Shown: positions 34,819 to 37,504 of the stretch, in pieces
Position numbering within the stretch: the stretch's first letter is position 1
Layout of the letters: every line of letters begins with the position of its first letter
Assembly: GCA_052390515.1 (NCBI GenBank)
Contig: JBQTGV010000047.1
Coordinates: forward strand, 1-37,504
Length of the DNA stretch: 37,504 nucleotides
Direction of reading: 5' to 3'
Source: Candidatus Eiseniibacteriota bacterium
Lineage (GTDB): Bacteria; ARS69
The notes under the pieces: generated by a model
Database searches by the model: none
What the model was told of the DNA's origin: nothing
The model's input: the letters and a program-made list of their open reading frames with translations, nothing else
Made by a program: the position numbers and the translations under genes

Positions 34819-34889
34819 CGTGTCTCCGTAGGCGGTGGGCGGGCCGTCCGTGGCCCCGGTTCGATGAGGCCGTTTGCCCACCGTCGTCC

Positions 34890-35579
34890 TCACGTCGCGT
34901 CCGCGTAGGCGCTGGCGGCGGGGGCCTTCTCGGTCGCACGGACCCCAGTCTCGACAGTCCCGGGCAACGTCAACCCCCGCCCGACCAGCGTACGCACAGC
35001 CTGCTCCAGACGCCCGCAGAACGCCTCCACGGCCTCCGCCAGCGCCCGGATATACTCCTCGTCACGGTGGACCCGCAGCAGCGCCGGCGGCAGGTCCGGG
35101 TGGTAGGACAGCGTGTCCCACCACTCCCGGCCCGTCACCCAGAGGCAGCCCTGCACCTGCGGATAATACTTCTGCCCGATGCCCTCGCCGCCCAGCAGGT
35201 AGCCGATATGGATGCCGGGCGACGGGCACTTGAGTTCGAGGCCGCCGTCGTCGCCGACGAGGCGGTCGGGAGAGCATCCTGCCCTACCGTCATCCCTGAG
35301 ACAGAACCCGACCGCCCCCGTCGACACCTCCTGCTGGAACTCGTACCACGCCACCGCCTCGGCCTCGACCACGGAGCCGCGCTCCATGAGGGCCGTCGAC
35401 ACCGTCTGCAGCGGGGTGCCCAGGAAACGCTCCGCGAGCAGCTCGTGCATGTAGGCGACCGCCGCCGCCGACGGCCTCCCGGTCGGCGTCAGGATGCGGT
35501 CGAACTGGCTGGCGGTCGGGATGCCGGCCCGCGCGGCCTGCCACTCCGGGGAACCCTGAGGAACCTCGAGGATCCTCAC
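34890..35579 (-). CDS. YqaJ-like / lambda-exonuclease-family recombination nuclease
   Basis: QGSPEW..ARAG.PTAS, MERG...E..A, GCSPD.LV....GLELKCP, Y.PQVQG.LWVTGREWWD..SY.P. Confidence 0.9.
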   Translation of the reverse strand: MRILEVPQGSPEWQAARAGIPTASQFDRILTPTGRPSAAAVAYMHELLAERFLGTPLQTVSTALMERGSVVEAEAVAWYEFQQEVSTGAVGFCLRDDGRAGCSPDRLVGDDGGLELKCPSPGIHIGYLLGGEGIGQKYYPQVQGCLWVTGREWWDTLSYHPDLPPALLRVHRDEEYIRALAEAVEAFCGRLEQAVRTLVGRGLTLPGTVETGVRATEKAPAASAYADAT

Positions 35580-36355
35580 GAGGCCACCCCCTTCCCGCGC
35601 GACTTGTCCTGCAGGGCCCGCAGGGCGCGAGGGAAGTCGCGCCGACGGACCTCGGGCAGGCTGCCGGCACCGACCCACTTGAGGAACTGGTCGATGTTCG
35701 AGTTGGTCTGGTCGATGAGCTCGCGCAGGGTGTCCACCTGCCCCTGCGTGATGGGCTCGAGGTCGGCCGGGTCGGCGCCGTCCGGGTCCACGTCGGTCAT
35801 GGTGAGGCCCAGCACCTGCACCAGGGCCTGCCGCTTGGCGTAGGTGAGGGCCGCCGCGTGCTTCTGCTGGGAGTTCATGGCGGCCCCTGAGTCGGTCGGG
35901 CAGGAGAACGTGGCGCGAATCGAATGCCCGTTCCGGTGCCTGAGGGTGCAGGTGCAGGTGATGTTGGCGCCCTCGGTCGCGCTGTCCCACGAGAACGACA
36001 GGCCCCGGACGTGGAGGTGCGGCCCGACCACGAGCGCAATCTGGTCGAGCTCCGCGTAGTCGTACTTGTGGGTGGTGCCCTTGGTCGCCGACGTGATCTT
36101 CGCGGTCGACGTCTTCGGGATGGGCGGGCAGGACGACTGGAACTGCGCCATCGCGTCGGCGAACTCCCGGGCCGCCGCCCGGTCCTGCTCTTCGCGGTAG
36201 AGCTGGGAGATCTTCTCGAGGGCCTCGACCGGGACGCCGTTGGCGACCGCGTGCGTCATCATCGCCATGACGGCAGCGGGCCCCGTGGGCGCGGTGAGGG
36301 CCTCGAGGTGGACCGGAGCGTCGGCCCTGGTGACGATATCCTTGGTGGCGGGCAT
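35576..36355 (-). CDS. erf: ERF-family ssDNA annealing protein
   Basis: KYDYAELDQI, GLSFS, CTLRHRNGHS, Q...AALTYAKRQAL...LGL...D.DG. Confidence 0.88.
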   Translation of the reverse strand: MPATKDIVTRADAPVHLEALTAPTGPAAVMAMMTHAVANGVPVEALEKISQLYREEQDRAAAREFADAMAQFQSSCPPIPKTSTAKITSATKGTTHKYDYAELDQIALVVGPHLHVRGLSFSWDSATEGANITCTCTLRHRNGHSIRATFSCPTDSGAAMNSQQKHAAALTYAKRQALVQVLGLTMTDVDPDGADPADLEPITQGQVDTLRELIDQTNSNIDQFLKWVGAGSLPEVRRRDFPRALRALQDKSRGKGVAS

Positions 36356-36357
36356 GA

Positions 36358-36582
36358 CTACCTCCCCTCTTCCGTCTTGCCGGCCCTGCTCCCGGAACGC
36401 ATGTAGAGCTCGCCCTCGACGGGCGGGAGTTCGATGTACTGGGAGCGGTACGCCTTGTGGTTGCCCTTGAGGCGGAACTTGATGTGGGGCTGGATGCCGC
36501 CGTCCTCGGGCACGAGGGTGACGACGACTTCGGCGCCGGCGACTTCGACGATGCGGGACATGGGCTTCTCGAGCTTGGTCAT
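36358..36582 (-). CDS. Hypothetical protein, 74 aa
   Basis: GGAGG SD before MTKLEKPMSRIVEV. Confidence 0.7.
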   Translation of the reverse strand: MTKLEKPMSRIVEVAGAEVVVTLVPEDGGIQPHIKFRLKGNHKAYRSQYIELPPVEGELYMRSGSRAGKTEEGR

Positions 36583-36777
36583 GACTTCCTCCAGTGTCGG
36601 TTGAGGTCTTCGATGAGGGTGACTACAGCGCGGGCGGTGTCGCGCGAGAAGCACTCGCAGGGGGCGAGTTCTTCCTCGCGCTGCACGCGAGCATAGGACT
36701 TGCGGCGCAGGCGGTCGCACTCGTCCTGCACGCGCTGTATGCGCTCCAGCCAGCGGGCGAACGGGATTGGGGTCCAT
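36579..36777 (-). pseudogene. Probable frameshifted (or readthrough/recoded) small gene
   Basis: The high-GC3 frame (TPIPFARWLERIQRVQDECDRLRRKS...HWRKS*) ends in ATGA coupling, but the overlapping ATG at 36777 is out of frame by one base. Confidence 0.45.
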
Positions 36778-36878
36778 TAGCGCCACGCTCCCAGCGCCCG
36801 GTCCACCGCCAGCAGCGCACCGCCGAACGCCGCCACGATGAGCACGGCGGCAACGTAGGCCAGCAGAAAGCGCGTCAT
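36777..36878 (-). CDS. Small membrane peptide, 33 aa
   Basis: GGGGAG SD and ATGA coupling; MTRFLLAYVAAVLIVAAFGGALLAVDRALGAWR. Confidence 0.6.
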   Translation of the reverse strand: MTRFLLAYVAAVLIVAAFGGALLAVDRALGAWR

Positions 36879-37108
36879 CGGCTCCCCCTCTCCGCCTCGC
36901 GGGCGGCCTCTACGGCACGGTCCTCGGCCTGCCACCGCTCGTCAGCATCGCACTCGGCGCAGGGCGCATCCTCCAGCTCACAGCACGGCTCCACCGCGAT
37001 GCCCAGTTCCTCGGCGGCCAGTTCAAGCGCCTCGTTCACGTCGTAGGCACGGACGGTCGCGGTCAGCGGCTCGCACTTGGGTAGCGTCACGGTCCATTTG
37101 CGGGTCAT
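36875..37108 (-). CDS. Hypothetical protein, 77 aa
   Basis: GGAGG SD and ATGA coupling; MTRKWTVTLP...CC....CAEC. Confidence 0.65.
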   Translation of the reverse strand: MTRKWTVTLPKCEPLTATVRAYDVNEALELAAEELGIAVEPCCELEDAPCAECDADERWQAEDRAVEAAREAERGSR

Positions 37109-37504
37109 CGGTCCTCCAGCGGTGGCAGCCCGCACCACTCGCGCACCTTCTCCAGCGGCAGCGCCTTCGCGTCGAACAACTCAACGAACCGCGCCGCCTC
37201 GCTGCGATGAAGCGCCGGAACCTCGGCGATGTCCTTGACGCCGAACGCCGCCGCCATCGGGCAGTTATCCCATGAGTGGCAGCGCCAGTGTTCGAGCGTC
37301 ACGATGTCGGCCAGCGGCTTGCCGCCAGCGGCGAGAATGGCGGGAACGACCTCCTTCGTGTAGGTGTCCCAGTTCGCCGCCCCCGACAGGTTCGCCCCCG
37401 ACAGGTTCGCCCCCGACAGGTTCGCCCCCGACAGGTTCGCCCGCGACAGGTGCGCCCACGACCGGGTCGCCCCCGACAGGTGCGCCCCCGACAGGTTCGC
37501 GCGC
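37105..37504 (-). CDS. Pentapeptide-repeat protein, C-terminal part (continuation of 1..265)
   Basis: Open frame from the window end: eight A(N/H/T)(L/R)S(G/R/W) repeats then AANWDTYTKEVVPAILAAGG...HWRCHSWDNCPMAAAF...LEDR*. Confidence 0.88.
   Translation of the reverse strand, partial: RANLSGAHLSGATRSWAHLSRANLSGANLSGANLSGANLSGAANWDTYTKEVVPAILAAGGKPLADIVTLEHWRCHSWDNCPMAAAFGVKDIAEVPALHRSEAARFVELFDAKALPLEKVREWCGLPPLEDR
37381..37500. repeat. 15-bp coding tandem repeat x8, same unit as 1-184
   Basis: CCCCGACAGGTTCGC units, degenerate toward the window end. Confidence 0.93.

Noticed and set aside
37440-37504. DGR-style variable region (AHLSG/ATRSW variants)
   Set aside because: No reverse transcriptase or separate template repeat; variants lie at the contig edge and may be low-quality bases
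1-37504. Integrated prophage with att sites or flanking host genes; stop-codon reassignment
   Set aside because: No integrase or host genes and the ends join within one gene; genes are intact under the standard code with all three stop codons used

Overview
The window is an essentially complete, circularly permuted ~37.5 kb high-GC tailed-phage genome with a podovirus (P22/T7-like) morphogenesis layout. Both ends fall inside one minus-strand pentapeptide-repeat gene. A divergent promoter region at ~1520-1825 splits it into two arms. The leftward arm (minus strand, 1750->1 and 37504->28974) holds many small translationally coupled genes, ERF and YqaJ-type recombination genes, two HNH endonucleases, a VRR-NUC nuclease and a DNA methyltransferase. 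The rightward arm (1942->28881) holds a replication initiator with internal iterons, TerS, TerL with a class-3 LAGLIDADG intein, a metallophosphoesterase, portal, scaffold, capsid, three head-tail adaptor paralogs, a nozzle, three ejection proteins and a GH108 lysis cassette. I found no integrase, classical CI repressor, polymerase, spanin, tRNA or CRISPR. The most unusual feature is the lack of a recognisable cytoplasmic tail fibre or tailspike. Its syntenic slot, and the first slot of the head operon, hold Sec-signal-peptide proteins enriched in D-(S/T)-x motifs matching the Bacteroidota/FCB O-glycosylation sequon, and an 8-stranded beta-barrel-like protein sits in the lysis cassette. This suggests (inference only) a phage that exports virion appendage proteins to the host periplasm, where they may be glycosylated, and acquires them at release. 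All calls are from manual motif and synteny reading; no database search was run.
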